Shown piece after piece: positions 9,671 to 20,284 of a DNA stretch of 44,256 nt (positions are counted from its first letter, which is position 1; each line of letters begins with the position of its first letter). The notes under the pieces are model-generated. The model was given only the letters and a program-made list of their open reading frames with translations, searched no databases and had not been told where the DNA came from. The position numbers were made by a program, and so were the translations under genes. Origin of the DNA: Candidatus Magasanikiibacteriota bacterium (GTDB lineage: Bacteria; Patescibacteriota; Patescibacteriia; Magasanikbacterales; UBA922); contig DAORJA010000001.1 of NCBI GenBank assembly GCA_035438805.1, positions 1 to 44,256 of the forward strand. The letters run 5' to 3'.

Positions 9671-11524
9671 CTACTGATACATCTTCTCGAGTCCAACTCC
9701 CGTATAATAATATTTCAACAGTTGTTCAAAATTTTCACCCTTCTCACTTGCTCTGATCGACGCATCTCTTGCACTCATTCCTACTCCATGACCATATAAT
9801 TTCTTTTTATCCCGTTTGTCATATTCAGTTGGAACTGAGACTAGCCATGGTCTCCCTGCCCCACCCCACACTTCACTCCAGCTTCGAGTTCTTGTGTCAG
9901 CGTTTGCAAAATATGGAGTCATCACAATCTCTGACATAGTGTCAGCGTTTGCGTCAGTATCATATGTAATCATCATCCCTCTTGTTGCCTGTGCAGCCTC
10001 GACAACACGAGGCAGGAGGACTTCACTTTCGTATCCAAGATAGAGCTGATCTGCAGTAGTTGCTACTACATCAAATATTTTTCCCTGAGTACTCGGGTGA
10101 TTTTGCATATAGTAACCGTATGTTCTTGCAGCAGTGAGAATAGCTTTCATATATTCCATATGAGCCTCGTTTGAAGTCTCTGCAATACCTGCTATGTAGT
10201 CTTCAAATAAAATATCATTGACCACATACACTGCATCATTATTTTTGGTCGCACGATATTCCATAGCCCCACGATACGCATTGAAACTCTGTTTTCCTCG
10301 ATATGTCACCAACCTTTCAAAATTTGCCAGGCGGAATACTGCGTGTGGATTATTTGCAGGAACGAGACGAATAAAGTTTCCAGTAGAATATTCAATATCT
10401 GCTCCTTTAAAATAAAACATACCTTTAGTCTGCCACATCGATACCCGTGTTCCCGGTGGGATTGTCCCCATTGTAGTATCGCCATCAAACACGGTGTAGG
10501 TCTCATCTGATGAAACAAATTCCACTCCTTTCTCTGGATTTTTCCATACACCTACTCGAATCCGAGGTTCTTCTAGAAATCGTACCAATGGTTGTACTGA
10601 CTCAGTATATTCCTCTTCAGTAATTGTTGTCGCATCTTCAGTTACGGTAACTGTTACTGTTCCCAGATCGCTTGCCTTCTCTATACCATTTGGAACCAAT
10701 GCAAGTCTCATAGTATACATTCCCTTTCTTTCAGGAATAGGCAATGAAATAGTTTCTCGTGCGATTCCAGATGGTGATACCACTGCTTGTTTTTCTACCA
10801 ACACTTTTGGAGTTCCTGCTCTATTTTCTACGTTCACTGCAGTTGATTTGAGTGTATATGAAGTCCAAGGATTAGTTCCTGTATTTTGGAATCCAATGAT
10901 GACTGGAACTGTCTCTCCACCACGAGCTTCGATTTGCTTTTTACTAAGGATGATACGAGTTGCTTGGTAGGTGCTCTGAGATACCGTAGCAGTGGGCGCT
11001 GGAGTAGTTGTTGTCTCAGTTGTTACTGCTACTTGTTTTTTTGGAACAACACTAATATCAATAAAGAAATATCCTCCTTTAACCCACGTGTGGTTTTCTG
11101 CAGCTAGATAAAATTCTTCTTTATATTCGCCAGAGGTCTCTGGCGCTTTTAATTCAAGCTTTAATTCACCTACTTCTCCTGGTTTAATAGTCCCTTCAAT
11201 TTTTGCGCTCTGGCTTGAAGAAATCCAATTACTGCCTTTAAATACTGAATCATGATACCGAGGTTCCATGGTATAGGCAGAGATAAAGCGACTTCCCGTC
11301 CATGTAGCAGTTCCTATATTTTTGAATTTGAACGTAACTGTTTTTATTTCGCCTGCCTCCATTTGTACGGGATCAGGAATTGATTGGCTTACAAATTTTA
11401 CTGCATACGCACTGTCCTTGATCGTGAGTTTTGGGTCGGCTGCCTGTACTATTGCAGTAGTACCGAGACATACAGCGAGGATGCTCATTCCGATACTTAC
11501 ACGTTTTATTAATGAAAAAAACAT
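9671..11524 (-). CDS. Secreted SpoIID/LytB-domain protein with N-terminal Ig-like (NBR1-like) repeats
   Basis: Signal peptide MFFSLIKRVSIGMSILAVCLGTTAIVQA. The C-terminal SpoIID-type region contains AILTAARTYGYY, YFANADTRTRSW and GHGVGMSARDA. The two N-terminal repeats (FKFKNIGTATW; IGFQNTGTNPW) resemble NBR1-like Ig domains. Confidence 0.8.
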   Translation of the reverse strand: MFFSLIKRVSIGMSILAVCLGTTAIVQAADPKLTIKDSAYAVKFVSQSIPDPVQMEAGEIKTVTFKFKNIGTATWTGSRFISAYTMEPRYHDSVFKGSNWISSSQSAKIEGTIKPGEVGELKLELKAPETSGEYKEEFYLAAENHTWVKGGYFFIDISVVPKKQVAVTTETTTTPAPTATVSQSTYQATRIILSKKQIEARGGETVPVIIGFQNTGTNPWTSYTLKSTAVNVENRAGTPKVLVEKQAVVSPSGIARETISLPIPERKGMYTMRLALVPNGIEKASDLGTVTVTVTEDATTITEEEYTESVQPLVRFLEEPRIRVGVWKNPEKGVEFVSSDETYTVFDGDTTMGTIPPGTRVSMWQTKGMFYFKGADIEYSTGNFIRLVPANNPHAVFRLANFERLVTYRGKQSFNAYRGAMEYRATKNNDAVYVVNDILFEDYIAGIAETSNEAHMEYMKAILTAARTYGYYMQNHPSTQGKIFDVVATTADQLYLGYESEVLLPRVVEAAQATRGMMITYDTDANADTMSEIVMTPYFANADTRTRSWSEVWGGAGRPWLVSVPTEYDKRDKKKLYGHGVGMSARDASIRASEKGENFEQLLKYYYTGVGLEKMYQ

Positions 11525-11671
11525 AGTAATACATGTATGATAAATGAGATATGATTATACCATGTTGTGATCCACCTGTCTCTATTGATAAAGTGTTAAA
11601 ATAAATTCGCTTAATGTAGTCAAAATTCATGATTGAGTTTGCAGAAAAAGTGTGATAACCTGTTATCATCT

Positions 11672-13204
11672 ATGACACTCAAAAAACAACTTGCGCATAA
11701 CACAGCTGCCCAAATAATTGGAAAAGTGATTTCTACCCTCCTTGGCTTGGTTGCAATTAGTATTCTCACTCGTTACCTCGGTGTAGAAAAATTTGGATGG
11801 TACGGCACCACTCTTGGATTCCTCCAATTTATCGCAATCCTGATCGACTTTGGACTTATCCCTGTTACAGCACAGATGATGAGTGAGGTCCCAGATTCAA
11901 TCAAAGATGAAGATACTAAAGGACTTGCATCTTATCGATCAAAGCTCTTCAAAAACCTTCTCGGGTTCAGATTTGTCACTGCGGTCATTGGTCTTGGTGT
12001 TGCACCATTTATTGCTCTTCTATTTCCATACCCACCTGAGGTAAAAATTGCAATTGCGTTTACCACGATTAGTATGCTCGCAGTTGCCATTAATCAAATT
12101 TTCATTGGTTTTTATCAATCAAAATTAATTACCCATTTGCAGGCGGTAGGAGAAATAATTGGCAGAATTGTACTTATTGCCGGTCTATTGCTCTGTGTAT
12201 ATGCAAAGGCTAATTTTCTCTCGGTCATGTGGGCAATTATTCTCTCAAGTGTCGCATACACTATAGCACTCTGGATCTTTACTCGAAAATTTTCTTCACC
12301 ATCTTTTTCATTTGACTTTGATATTTGGAAAAAAATTACGATCAAGATGTGGCCTATCGCCCTCTCTATTGTGTTTAATGTGATTTATTTGAGAGGAGAC
12401 ATTCTGATTCTTTCCTTCTTTAGAGATCAGGTTGAAGTAGGTCTCTATGTCGCAGCCTACCGAGTGATAGACATTGTTGCTCAGACTGCCATGATGGTCA
12501 TGGGGCTCATGCTTCCCCTTCTTGCGTATGCGTGGAGTAAAGGAGAGGACACCAAATTCAAAGAACATTTTCAATTGTCATTTAACATCATGATGATGTT
12601 TGCAATTCCCATGAGTGTTGCCTTGATTATATTGTCAAAGCAAATTATGACTATTGTTGCAGGACCTGAATACGCCGCAGCAGCTATTCCCCTTACCCTT
12701 CTTTCGGTTGCCGTATTTGGAGTGTACTTTGGCGCAGTATTTGGACACGTTGCTGTTGCAGTAAACAGACAAAAAGAAACACTACCTGTATACATTTCAA
12801 GCGCAATTATTACACTACTGCTTTACTTCATATTGGTGCCTCGATATGGCATTATCGGAGCTGCGATTGGTAGTGTATTCTCCGAAGTGTTTGTAGGTTT
12901 TTTTCTATATCTTGTTGTAAAAAAATATGCCAAATTTTCTATTTCGCTTATGGTCAGCGCCAAAGCTTTATTTGCAAGTATTCTTATGGCTTTAGTTCTG
13001 TGGCTCATGAATTCAACCCCCTATATTTTTTCTCTGCTTTCAAAGACGACGATGTATGTGCCCTCACTTACGATCACCAAAGACCTACTATTACTCCTCT
13101 CAGTTCTCAGCGGTGCGAGCGTCTATGCATTAACCATTATTCTTACCAAAGCAGTTTCACCTGAGACGATACAAGATGTTCTTACACTAAAGAAGTCTTC
13201 GTAG
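11672..13204 (+). CDS. MOP-superfamily polysaccharide/lipid-linked oligosaccharide flippase (Wzx/MurJ-like)
   Basis: ORF 11633..13204, likely start MTLKKQLAHNTAAQIIGK at 11672. It has about 14 predicted TM helices and a typical flippase N-terminus (AQIIGKVISTLLGLVAISILTRYLGVEKFG). Confidence 0.7.
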   Translation: MTLKKQLAHNTAAQIIGKVISTLLGLVAISILTRYLGVEKFGWYGTTLGFLQFIAILIDFGLIPVTAQMMSEVPDSIKDEDTKGLASYRSKLFKNLLGFRFVTAVIGLGVAPFIALLFPYPPEVKIAIAFTTISMLAVAINQIFIGFYQSKLITHLQAVGEIIGRIVLIAGLLLCVYAKANFLSVMWAIILSSVAYTIALWIFTRKFSSPSFSFDFDIWKKITIKMWPIALSIVFNVIYLRGDILILSFFRDQVEVGLYVAAYRVIDIVAQTAMMVMGLMLPLLAYAWSKGEDTKFKEHFQLSFNIMMMFAIPMSVALIILSKQIMTIVAGPEYAAAAIPLTLLSVAVFGVYFGAVFGHVAVAVNRQKETLPVYISSAIITLLLYFILVPRYGIIGAAIGSVFSEVFVGFFLYLVVKKYAKFSISLMVSAKALFASILMALVLWLMNSTPYIFSLLSKTTMYVPSLTITKDLLLLLSVLSGASVYALTIILTKAVSPETIQDVLTLKKSS

Positions 13205-14444
13205 TGTTTTTTGTTTTTTTGTGAATTAAGACTACGTAGGCAATAATCCAAAACAACATCGCTAAATCATTTTTGAAATAAGGCACATCAACAAGTCCGT
13301 GAATAATCAAAGCAGTGAGCGCAGCAATATATGCTGCTTTTTTTTGTGTGTCTGTAACCTTACAAAGAATAATAAAAAGAAATACTATTATTCCCACAAA
13401 TGAAATCATTCCAAACAATCCAATTTCTGTCCAAAAATTAAGGATAATATTATGAGGATATTTGAGTGCTTCAAGAGCTTTTGGGTTATAAAATGGTTTT
13501 TGTATGGCATCAAAAAAATTACGCACTCCACTTCCTAATATAAAATTCTGTGGGGAGTCTGTGAGGTAATTGACTGTATGCGTCCAGAGGGTGAGCCTAT
13601 TTTTTCCTGCCTGATCCTGAAACAGCACTGCTTCCCGCATACTTGGTAATAACAAGGATCCTACAATCCCCACAACTGTAATTGCAACAGTTATTTTTCT
13701 ATACCCTAATATATATAAATACACTAATACTCCAGCCCCAATCGCAATCCACGCTCCCTGCGAAATTGAAAACGCATTTGCAAGGAGAATTACCAAACCA
13801 CCTAACCAGAGATAGTATTTTTTTTGTAATACTACTAACGAAAGAAATAGAATTGGTACGGTAAATAATCCAATCGCGTTTGCTGAAGTAAAAATTGACG
13901 TTACCCTGCCAAATAAGTGATCATCCCACAGACTTGGTGGAAACCAGGAGCCAGTGAATTTCTGTACGAGAGCAATGGTGCTCACTACAACTGCTCCTCC
14001 AAACAGTGAAAGTATTATATGATCTACTTTTAACTTTTCTCTATGTATCACTAGAAGAATAAAGAGGAGTATTGGTTCGAGGAATAACGCTCTCCACTCT
14101 CCTACTCCATAGACCAATTTTTGTGTAGGATTTTCCGAGCCAATCATACTCGTAAGCGCTCCTACAAAAGAGAAGATCAATAAACTTACTAAAAATACCA
14201 AAAATGCCTTATGGTTGATTATCTCATTTTTAAACCCTCTAATATTCTCTATATTGATTTTCAGGAGACCAGCCATGACTACTGCAAAAAAAGAAATCTC
14301 AAGAATAGTAGTAGGAAGTGGTCCAATTTGGAGGCGTATAATATATGTAGGCAGTGTTAGAATAAGAAAATACACTGCCCAATCAAATTTTTTGAATGCA
14401 AGAATGAGGAATAGTACAAAGTAAATCAACGCGAGTATAAGCAT
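13182..14444 (-). CDS. O-antigen ligase/polymerase-like (Wzy_C-type) polytopic membrane protein
   Basis: A 420-aa multi-TM protein with a central SISQGAWIAIGAGVLVY segment typical of O-antigen-ligase-family loops. Its 3' end overlaps the convergent flippase gene by 23 nt. Confidence 0.6.
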   Translation of the reverse strand: MLILALIYFVLFLILAFKKFDWAVYFLILTLPTYIIRLQIGPLPTTILEISFFAVVMAGLLKINIENIRGFKNEIINHKAFLVFLVSLLIFSFVGALTSMIGSENPTQKLVYGVGEWRALFLEPILLFILLVIHREKLKVDHIILSLFGGAVVVSTIALVQKFTGSWFPPSLWDDHLFGRVTSIFTSANAIGLFTVPILFLSLVVLQKKYYLWLGGLVILLANAFSISQGAWIAIGAGVLVYLYILGYRKITVAITVVGIVGSLLLPSMREAVLFQDQAGKNRLTLWTHTVNYLTDSPQNFILGSGVRNFFDAIQKPFYNPKALEALKYPHNIILNFWTEIGLFGMISFVGIIVFLFIILCKVTDTQKKAAYIAALTALIIHGLVDVPYFKNDLAMLFWIIAYVVLIHKKTKNTTKTSLV

Positions 14445-14548
14445 AGCCCGTAGATTAATTTTCTACATCATAACATGGATTTTCCTAAAAACCCATGATT
14501 GACGGAAACATCTAGAACAGGTTAGTATATCCGCATTACATTTTCAAT

Positions 14549-14638
<90 letters not shown>

Positions 14639-14648
14639 AAGTACAGCT

Positions 14649-15131
14649 CTACACTGTTAACTCGTTTTCGGATTTTATATCCACAGCATTTTGTAACAGT
14701 TTTTCAAACACAGCTGCGGCTGTTGCGATTATCGCAGAGATAAACATCAGAAATAGACCCATAGCAACACCTCCCGTAATATCATCCTTGCCATACATAG
14801 CCACAAATATGTAGGTTTCTGCTCCTATAATAAAACCAATTAGAGATATTGCACAATATTTTATCGTTCGCAAAGCTTCCAGCGAATGTAGGGAGAATAT
14901 TTCGTTTTTTCTAATACGCCCAATCAATCTAAACGCTTGGTAAAGTATTACAAAAAACGGAATGGATCCTAGATATACATATGCCAGAAAAGGATCATTG
15001 AAGTAAATCTCAAAGAGAGTAGCATCTACATTCCTACCCTCAAAGTGTGGTTCTGCAAGTAGCAGCACAAGTGTACTAATACCCACAAGTACAACCACTA
15101 TTTGTAGAAATATTACCAAATTTCGTTTCAT
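14649..15131 (-). CDS. DUF2975-like four-TM membrane protein (paralog A)
   Basis: Four TM helices. The C-terminal LLQNAVDIKSENELTV matches the paralog at 15348..15833 (LLKNAIEMKSENDLTV). The known pairing with a YozG-type HTH fits the DUF2975 family; this is a recognition-level call. Confidence 0.7.
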   Translation of the reverse strand: MKRNLVIFLQIVVVLVGISTLVLLLAEPHFEGRNVDATLFEIYFNDPFLAYVYLGSIPFFVILYQAFRLIGRIRKNEIFSLHSLEALRTIKYCAISLIGFIIGAETYIFVAMYGKDDITGGVAMGLFLMFISAIIATAAAVFEKLLQNAVDIKSENELTV

Positions 15132-15139
15132 ACTGGTTC

Positions 15140-15343
15140 TTAATTTTTATATTCTAAAATATCTCCAGGCTGGCATTCGAGTGCTTTACAAATCGCTTCG
15201 AGAGTCGAGAGTCGAATAGCTTTTGCTTTTCCATTTTTCAATATCGAAATATTCGCCATGGTAATGCCTACTTTTTCTGTGAGTTCGGTGACGCTCATTT
15301 TTCTTTTTGCAAGCATCACGTCAATATTTATGATGATTGACAT
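15140..15343 (-). CDS. Small XRE/Cro-type HTH transcriptional regulator (YozG-like)
   Basis: A 67-aa protein. MLAKRKMSVTELTEKVGITMANISILKNGKAKAIRLSTLEAICKALECQPGDILEY is the typical YozG/HTH_26 pattern. Confidence 0.85.
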   Translation of the reverse strand: MSIIINIDVMLAKRKMSVTELTEKVGITMANISILKNGKAKAIRLSTLEAICKALECQPGDILEYKN

Positions 15344-15347
15344 ATAA

Positions 15348-15833
15348 TTAGACAGTTAAATCGTTTTCTGATTTCATCTCGATTGCATTCTTGAGCAATT
15401 GCTCGAGAATTGCAGCAAACACTGCAATAACTATGGGAATACCTGCTATACCTGCTCCGAAAAGTATCAGGCCCGGAGCGTCATCCATATCTGCGATTGG
15501 AAATAGCAATGGTACAAATGCAGCGAATATAACCGTGATACTGCTCGCGCAATATTTTATATTTTTCAAAGCTTTTACTGACAATTCTGAAAAAGCTTTA
15601 TTTCGATCAATATAGTGCAGTAGCTTGAATGATTGCCACAGTGCAATAAAGAATGGCAGTGTAGCAATGTAGAGGCCACCTATGATTAGAAATACAGACT
15701 GAGTGGCATAGGGAAACTCTGCTGATGCACCCGCGAGCATGCTTGGTAAGGCAAAGATACATAATGCAAGCACTCCTAGCCCGATAAGTATAATTACCAG
15801 TCGAAGGAAGTGTGTGGAGCCTCGTTTCATCAT
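15348..15833 (-). CDS. DUF2975-like four-TM membrane protein (paralog B)
   Basis: Same architecture and C-terminal motif as 14649..15131. A 4-nt gap to the HTH gene suggests one operon. Confidence 0.7.
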   Translation of the reverse strand: MMKRGSTHFLRLVIILIGLGVLALCIFALPSMLAGASAEFPYATQSVFLIIGGLYIATLPFFIALWQSFKLLHYIDRNKAFSELSVKALKNIKYCASSITVIFAAFVPLLFPIADMDDAPGLILFGAGIAGIPIVIAVFAAILEQLLKNAIEMKSENDLTV

Positions 15834-15990
15834 AGTATTAAAATTAATATATAAAACTATATAGTAAGCTTATCCTACGATTTATCGTTTGTCAATATAT
15901 TATTATTGTTAATAAAATATTCCCTCTTTGTCCAAACGTCTATTTTCTGGTACAGTAAATTTTACCCTATAACTCTTAAACTAACATATT

Positions 15991-17283
15991 ATGAAACATT
16001 CTTTTTTACTCACTATCTTCGCCATAGGCAGCCTACTTTCGACTTCTTTATCAGTACATGCAGCAGAAGAAACTAATGGTGATTCATGGCTCAGGGACTC
16101 ATGGGCACAATCAAGCGCTACTAGACAAAAAATATCCGATCTTCCTAATACCGCTGTTTACGCAGTTCCTATGCCTATACTCTTTGGCGTAGGATTAAAA
16201 GATATTTCACCTAATTTTGGTGATCCTCGCGCAGGCGGGCGTAGCCATGAAGGAGAAGATATAATGGCTACCAAAGGAACTCCGATCGTCTCCCCCACTG
16301 ACGCAGTCGTACTTCGTACTGGTGATGGCCCGAGCGAAGGATTATATGTATATACAGCAAATCCTGGTGGTGAAACATTTGTGTATATGCATCTTGATCG
16401 GATTGGTGAAGGAGTCGATAAGGGAGATGTACTTGAGAAAGGTGACCTCATTGGCTATGTAGGAAATACAGGAAATGCTTCTGGAGGAGCAGCTCATCTT
16501 CATTTTGAAATACATGACAATAATGGAAATCCAACCGATCCTTTTCCTCGAATTACAACGGAGTTCAGTATTGCTGAAAAAATAATACATACTAATACTA
16601 TACTTGCACAAAGTAATGATCCTCTAAGCCTTGCACAGTTTCTTGTTGATACTTTTCGAAGTACATTTGTGAGTGCCAAAGCTAGTGGTATTACACTACC
16701 TCAATCTATTACTGACATACTTGGCACCATTAATTTACCGGGTATTACTCTTAGCCAAGGCTCATCAGGAAACGATGTGCGTACTTTGCAAAATTATCTT
16801 ATAGAATCAAACACCGGTCTTGCAGCGCAAAGTCTTGCAGGGACTGGAGCAACTGGATACTTTGGTGCGCTTACCAAATCAGCACTTATCGAATACCAGA
16901 AGTCAGCAGGAATTTCTCCAGCAAATGGTGTATACGACGCTACAACTCGCGCACGTCTCACCACAGTCATTTCTACTCCCTCACAAACAACTACAGAAGC
17001 ACCCACTGTTTCTACAGAACCATTGCCGGCATATACCTTTATCCGAAATATGGGTAAAAATATGAATGGCGAAGATGTAAAAATGCTCCAAAAAATACTC
17101 AATGCGAACGGATATAGCGTTGCAGCAACCGGCCCTGGTTCATCTGGAAATGAGACCACCTACTTTGGAGCAGCAACCGTTGCTGCAGTAAAAAATTTCC
17201 AAGCAGCTCAAGGTATCTCACCAATATCAGGCTATGTAGGTCCTCTTACCCGTACTGCACTTACTGGTTTGGTAAAAAAGTAG
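15991..17283 (+). CDS. Secreted M23 (LytM-type) metallopeptidase with two PG_binding_1 domains
   Basis: Signal peptide followed by the M23 motifs HEGEDI, GNTGNASGGAAHLHFEIHD. Two peptidoglycan-binding repeats: GNDVRTLQNYL...YFGALTKSALIEYQK and GEDVKMLQKIL...YFGAATVAAVKNFQ. Confidence 0.88.
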   Translation: MKHSFLLTIFAIGSLLSTSLSVHAAEETNGDSWLRDSWAQSSATRQKISDLPNTAVYAVPMPILFGVGLKDISPNFGDPRAGGRSHEGEDIMATKGTPIVSPTDAVVLRTGDGPSEGLYVYTANPGGETFVYMHLDRIGEGVDKGDVLEKGDLIGYVGNTGNASGGAAHLHFEIHDNNGNPTDPFPRITTEFSIAEKIIHTNTILAQSNDPLSLAQFLVDTFRSTFVSAKASGITLPQSITDILGTINLPGITLSQGSSGNDVRTLQNYLIESNTGLAAQSLAGTGATGYFGALTKSALIEYQKSAGISPANGVYDATTRARLTTVISTPSQTTTEAPTVSTEPLPAYTFIRNMGKNMNGEDVKMLQKILNANGYSVAATGPGSSGNETTYFGAATVAAVKNFQAAQGISPISGYVGPLTRTALTGLVKK

Positions 17284-17366
17284 TAGAGTATACTCAACAA
17301 AGATAATTATGGTATACCCAGTTCAATCTTTTTAGAGTATACTTTTTGTATTATTTAGAATAGTAT

Positions 17367-18356
17367 ATGAGTACATTTTCGATTAATAAAATGACCCTTT
17401 CTATAATCATTCTTCTATTCCTAATCATGACAGGAGCTATCACTTATTTTACTTTTGTTCACACTGGTAAACATACACCTACATTCTCCAGCATCGATTG
17501 CTCAAAGTATCCTTTTATCAATAAAACTATTGATTGCGCTATTATTGATGCTGAATATTCTCACACCAAAAGCCTGGATTCTGAAACACAAAGGATAATT
17601 GATGAAGAAAAAGCGGCAGGGCACGTCACACGCGCATCAGTATTTTATCGTGATCTGAATACGAGACAGTGGTTTGGAATCGATGACACAATTGATTTTT
17701 ACGCAGCTAGTCTTCTCAAATTACCACTCTCAATTATATACTTCAAACTTGCAGAAATAGATGACAAGATTCTTAACCAAAAATTAACGTTAGACAGAGT
17801 CGACAGAAATTCCAATGAATACTTCAAGGCGCCAGAAACGCTCTCAACTGAAAAACAATATACTGTACAGGAGCTTATACGTATAATGCTCCAATATTCT
17901 GATAATAATCCTGTTCCTGTACTTAATTCATCAATTGATCAAACACTCCGATCAGAAATCTTACATGATCTCGGTATTGAATCTATTCCCTCAAATCCTC
18001 TGGAGAGCACTAGAGAAATCAGTGTTCGGATCTATGCAAACATTCTCCGACAGCTCTACAATGCCTCCTATCTCAATCTTGATTATTCAAATACTCTTCT
18101 TGAATACCTCTCTCAGACTGAATTCACTTCTGGTATTGTAGCTGGTCTTCCTAAAGGAATTACAGTTGCTCACAAATTTGGCGAAGCTACTGTGTCCAAT
18201 GCAGAGGGCGTACCCCAATTACGTGTTCTCCATGATTGCGGCATCGTATACAGACCGGAAAAACCCTACATTATTTGCATCATGACAGAAGGACATGATT
18301 TTGATCAGTTGAGCAATGTAATCAAGCGAATTACTGCAGCTTCGTATAAACTCTAA
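17367..18356 (+). CDS. Membrane-anchored serine hydrolase, class A beta-lactamase/PBP-like fold
   Basis: N-terminal TM helix, an SxxK-like motif (AASLLK), an SDN-like motif (YSDN) and a KTG-position HKFGE. Confidence 0.65.
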   Translation: MSTFSINKMTLSIIILLFLIMTGAITYFTFVHTGKHTPTFSSIDCSKYPFINKTIDCAIIDAEYSHTKSLDSETQRIIDEEKAAGHVTRASVFYRDLNTRQWFGIDDTIDFYAASLLKLPLSIIYFKLAEIDDKILNQKLTLDRVDRNSNEYFKAPETLSTEKQYTVQELIRIMLQYSDNNPVPVLNSSIDQTLRSEILHDLGIESIPSNPLESTREISVRIYANILRQLYNASYLNLDYSNTLLEYLSQTEFTSGIVAGLPKGITVAHKFGEATVSNAEGVPQLRVLHDCGIVYRPEKPYIICIMTEGHDFDQLSNVIKRITAASYKL

Positions 18357-18368
18357 ACATTCAGCTAT

Positions 18369-18995
18369 ATGATAAAACGTGCAAAAAAGCTTAAAAATTA
18401 TTTTCTTTTTGATATTAACGTTGTTATACGCTTTCTTATCTTATCTGATACCATCCTGCTCGGTGCCGCAGGACTCTTAGCTCCTATTTTTGCTCTGTAT
18501 ATACAAGACTTCATTAGCACTGAGCACAGTGAAATCGTTGCGGGTATTGCAGTTGGAATTTACCTTCTGACTAAGAGTATTATGCAAATTCCGATTGCAG
18601 AATTGGTAGATCGTATACGCGGAGAGAGAGATGATTTTTGGATTATGTTTATTTTTACACTCATTATTGCTGTAATCCCTCTCACCTATCTCTTCATCCA
18701 TACCCCGTTCCAGCTGTATATTGTGCAATTTTTTCTAGGATTATGTACTGCGTTCACATTCCCCACCTACATGGCGATATTTACGAGACATATTGATAAA
18801 TCAAAAGAAGGTACTGAATGGGGCGTATACTTCACGGCAACGGACCTATCCAGCGCGCTACTTGCAATAATTGGGGGGTATGTAGCGTCGACTCAGGGAT
18901 TTCCTACACTTATCACCATTATTGTCGGAGCTTCTATTATCGGCAGTTTACTTTTATGGCCCATCAAGCCCTACATTAGAATGCCTAAACATTAA
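18369..18995 (+). CDS. Half-size (about 6-TM) MFS-like transporter
   Basis: 208 aa with about six hydrophobic helices and an MFS motif-A-like loop (ELVDRIRGERD) after the second helix. Confidence 0.5.
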   Translation: MIKRAKKLKNYFLFDINVVIRFLILSDTILLGAAGLLAPIFALYIQDFISTEHSEIVAGIAVGIYLLTKSIMQIPIAELVDRIRGERDDFWIMFIFTLIIAVIPLTYLFIHTPFQLYIVQFFLGLCTAFTFPTYMAIFTRHIDKSKEGTEWGVYFTATDLSSALLAIIGGYVASTQGFPTLITIIVGASIIGSLLLWPIKPYIRMPKH

Positions 18996-19027
18996 TACAT
19001 TTTTTCTCTATTTAAGTAGTCTAGCCA

Positions 19028-19056
19028 TTGACAAAACCCCTTATATAGTGTATAGT
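19028..19056 (+). promoter_or_regulatory. Sigma70-type promoter of the cold-shock gene
   Basis: TTGACA (19028..19033), a 17-nt spacer, then TATAGT (19051..19056). This leaves a leader of about 70 nt before the ATG at 19131. Confidence 0.55.
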
Positions 19057-19130
19057 TGGCCCAATGTGTAATCACATACGAAAAACAGAGTCGAGTTTCT
19101 CGGATTAGCAATCTCATAAAAAACAAATTT

Positions 19131-19328
19131 ATGACAGGTACTATCAAGACCCTTACTGATAAAGGATTTGGATTTATTGCTCGCGATGGCGAAGCGAAAG
19201 ATCTTTTCTTTCATTCAAAGTCATTGGTTGGTGTATCATACGACGAGTTGAAAGTTGGAGACGTTCTTACTTTCGAAGTAGTTGACGGCGAAAAAGGCCC
19301 AGCTGCTACCAACGTATCTCGAGCGTAA
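19131..19328 (+). CDS. cspA: Cold-shock domain protein (CspA family)
   Basis: ORF 19056..19328, trimmed to MTGTIKTLTDKGFGFIARDG at 19131. RNP1-like KGFGFI and RNP2-like LFFHS motifs. Confidence 0.93.
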   Translation: MTGTIKTLTDKGFGFIARDGEAKDLFFHSKSLVGVSYDELKVGDVLTFEVVDGEKGPAATNVSRA

Positions 19329-19342
19329 TAGCTTACCAAAGC

Positions 19343-19375
19343 AAAAAAATATCCTCTTCGGAGGATATTTTTTTA
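19343..19375 (+). terminator. Intrinsic terminator after csp
   Basis: AAAAAAAT-ATCCTC-ttcg-GAGGAT-ATTTTTTT. Confidence 0.75.
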
Positions 19376-19459
19376 TTTTAAAAACATTCGTACAAATATT
19401 TTCATTTTATCTCTTCGCGAAAAAACATATTTTTGGTATACTATGATCAATTTTATTGT

Positions 19460-19696
19460 ATGCCAAAAAAGAAAAAAGCTAGACGACGCTCACATATCCT
19501 GCAATATTTCGTAAAAAATTTTGCCATTGTCCTTGGAATGGTATTTATCTGGCGTGGTATTTGGTATGCGCTTGATTATATTGATAAACTCATTTTTAAT
19601 GGACAACATATTGTGACTGCAATTCTTGGGATTATGTTTGGTTTCGCTCTACTTTACCTTCCCGACCATGATCTTGATGAAATAAAGGAATTATAG
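19460..19696 (+). CDS. Small two-TM membrane protein, unknown function
   Basis: ORF 19433..19696, likely start MPKKKKARRR at 19460. Basic N-terminus followed by two hydrophobic helices. Confidence 0.5.
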   Translation: MPKKKKARRRSHILQYFVKNFAIVLGMVFIWRGIWYALDYIDKLIFNGQHIVTAILGIMFGFALLYLPDHDLDEIKEL

Positions 19697-19708
19697 AACT
19701 CTTGTTGT

Positions 19709-20284
19709 ATGCTTTTCTCAGTCATCATCCCAACACATGCTCGTACGCGCGGAATTACTCACGCGCTATCTTCCCTAATGCTTCAAACACACCCTGACTG
19801 GGAAGCAATAATTGTAGATAATGAATCAGAAAACAGAAATGCTTCACATATACACCTACTCCAAAGACAAGACAAGCGTATTCGCTATCTTACTAAGCCT
19901 TACCAGAATCCAAGCGAAGCACGGGCATGGGGAATTAGTGCTGCCCGAGGCGACATTATCACCTTTATTGAAGGTAATGACTACTTTTCGCCTACACACT
20001 TACAGACGCTGCATGATCTGTTTCATTCCAATCCCCGACTTGATATGGTGTTTGGGAAACCTACGATTATGGGAAGTCCGTATATTACTAACACACACAT
20101 ACATCGTTCTCCAGTGCACGGTACTTTTTTTATCCGTGAACACGTGTTCGATACCATACAGAAATTACCACACGCAGAATTAGGTGATGACCACATCCTT
20201 CTTCAGCTGATACAAAATAATGGTTTTGTTACCAAAAAAATTCCCATGCCAACATATGTCTACGACCGAACATATCGCGTATAA
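19709..20284 (+). CDS. Family 2 glycosyltransferase (short, 191 aa)
   Basis: LFSVIIPTHARTRGITHALSSLMLQTHPDWEAIIVDNES is a typical GT2 N-terminus, with a later EGND acidic motif. Confidence 0.7.
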   Translation: MLFSVIIPTHARTRGITHALSSLMLQTHPDWEAIIVDNESENRNASHIHLLQRQDKRIRYLTKPYQNPSEARAWGISAARGDIITFIEGNDYFSPTHLQTLHDLFHSNPRLDMVFGKPTIMGSPYITNTHIHRSPVHGTFFIREHVFDTIQKLPHAELGDDHILLQLIQNNGFVTKKIPMPTYVYDRTYRV

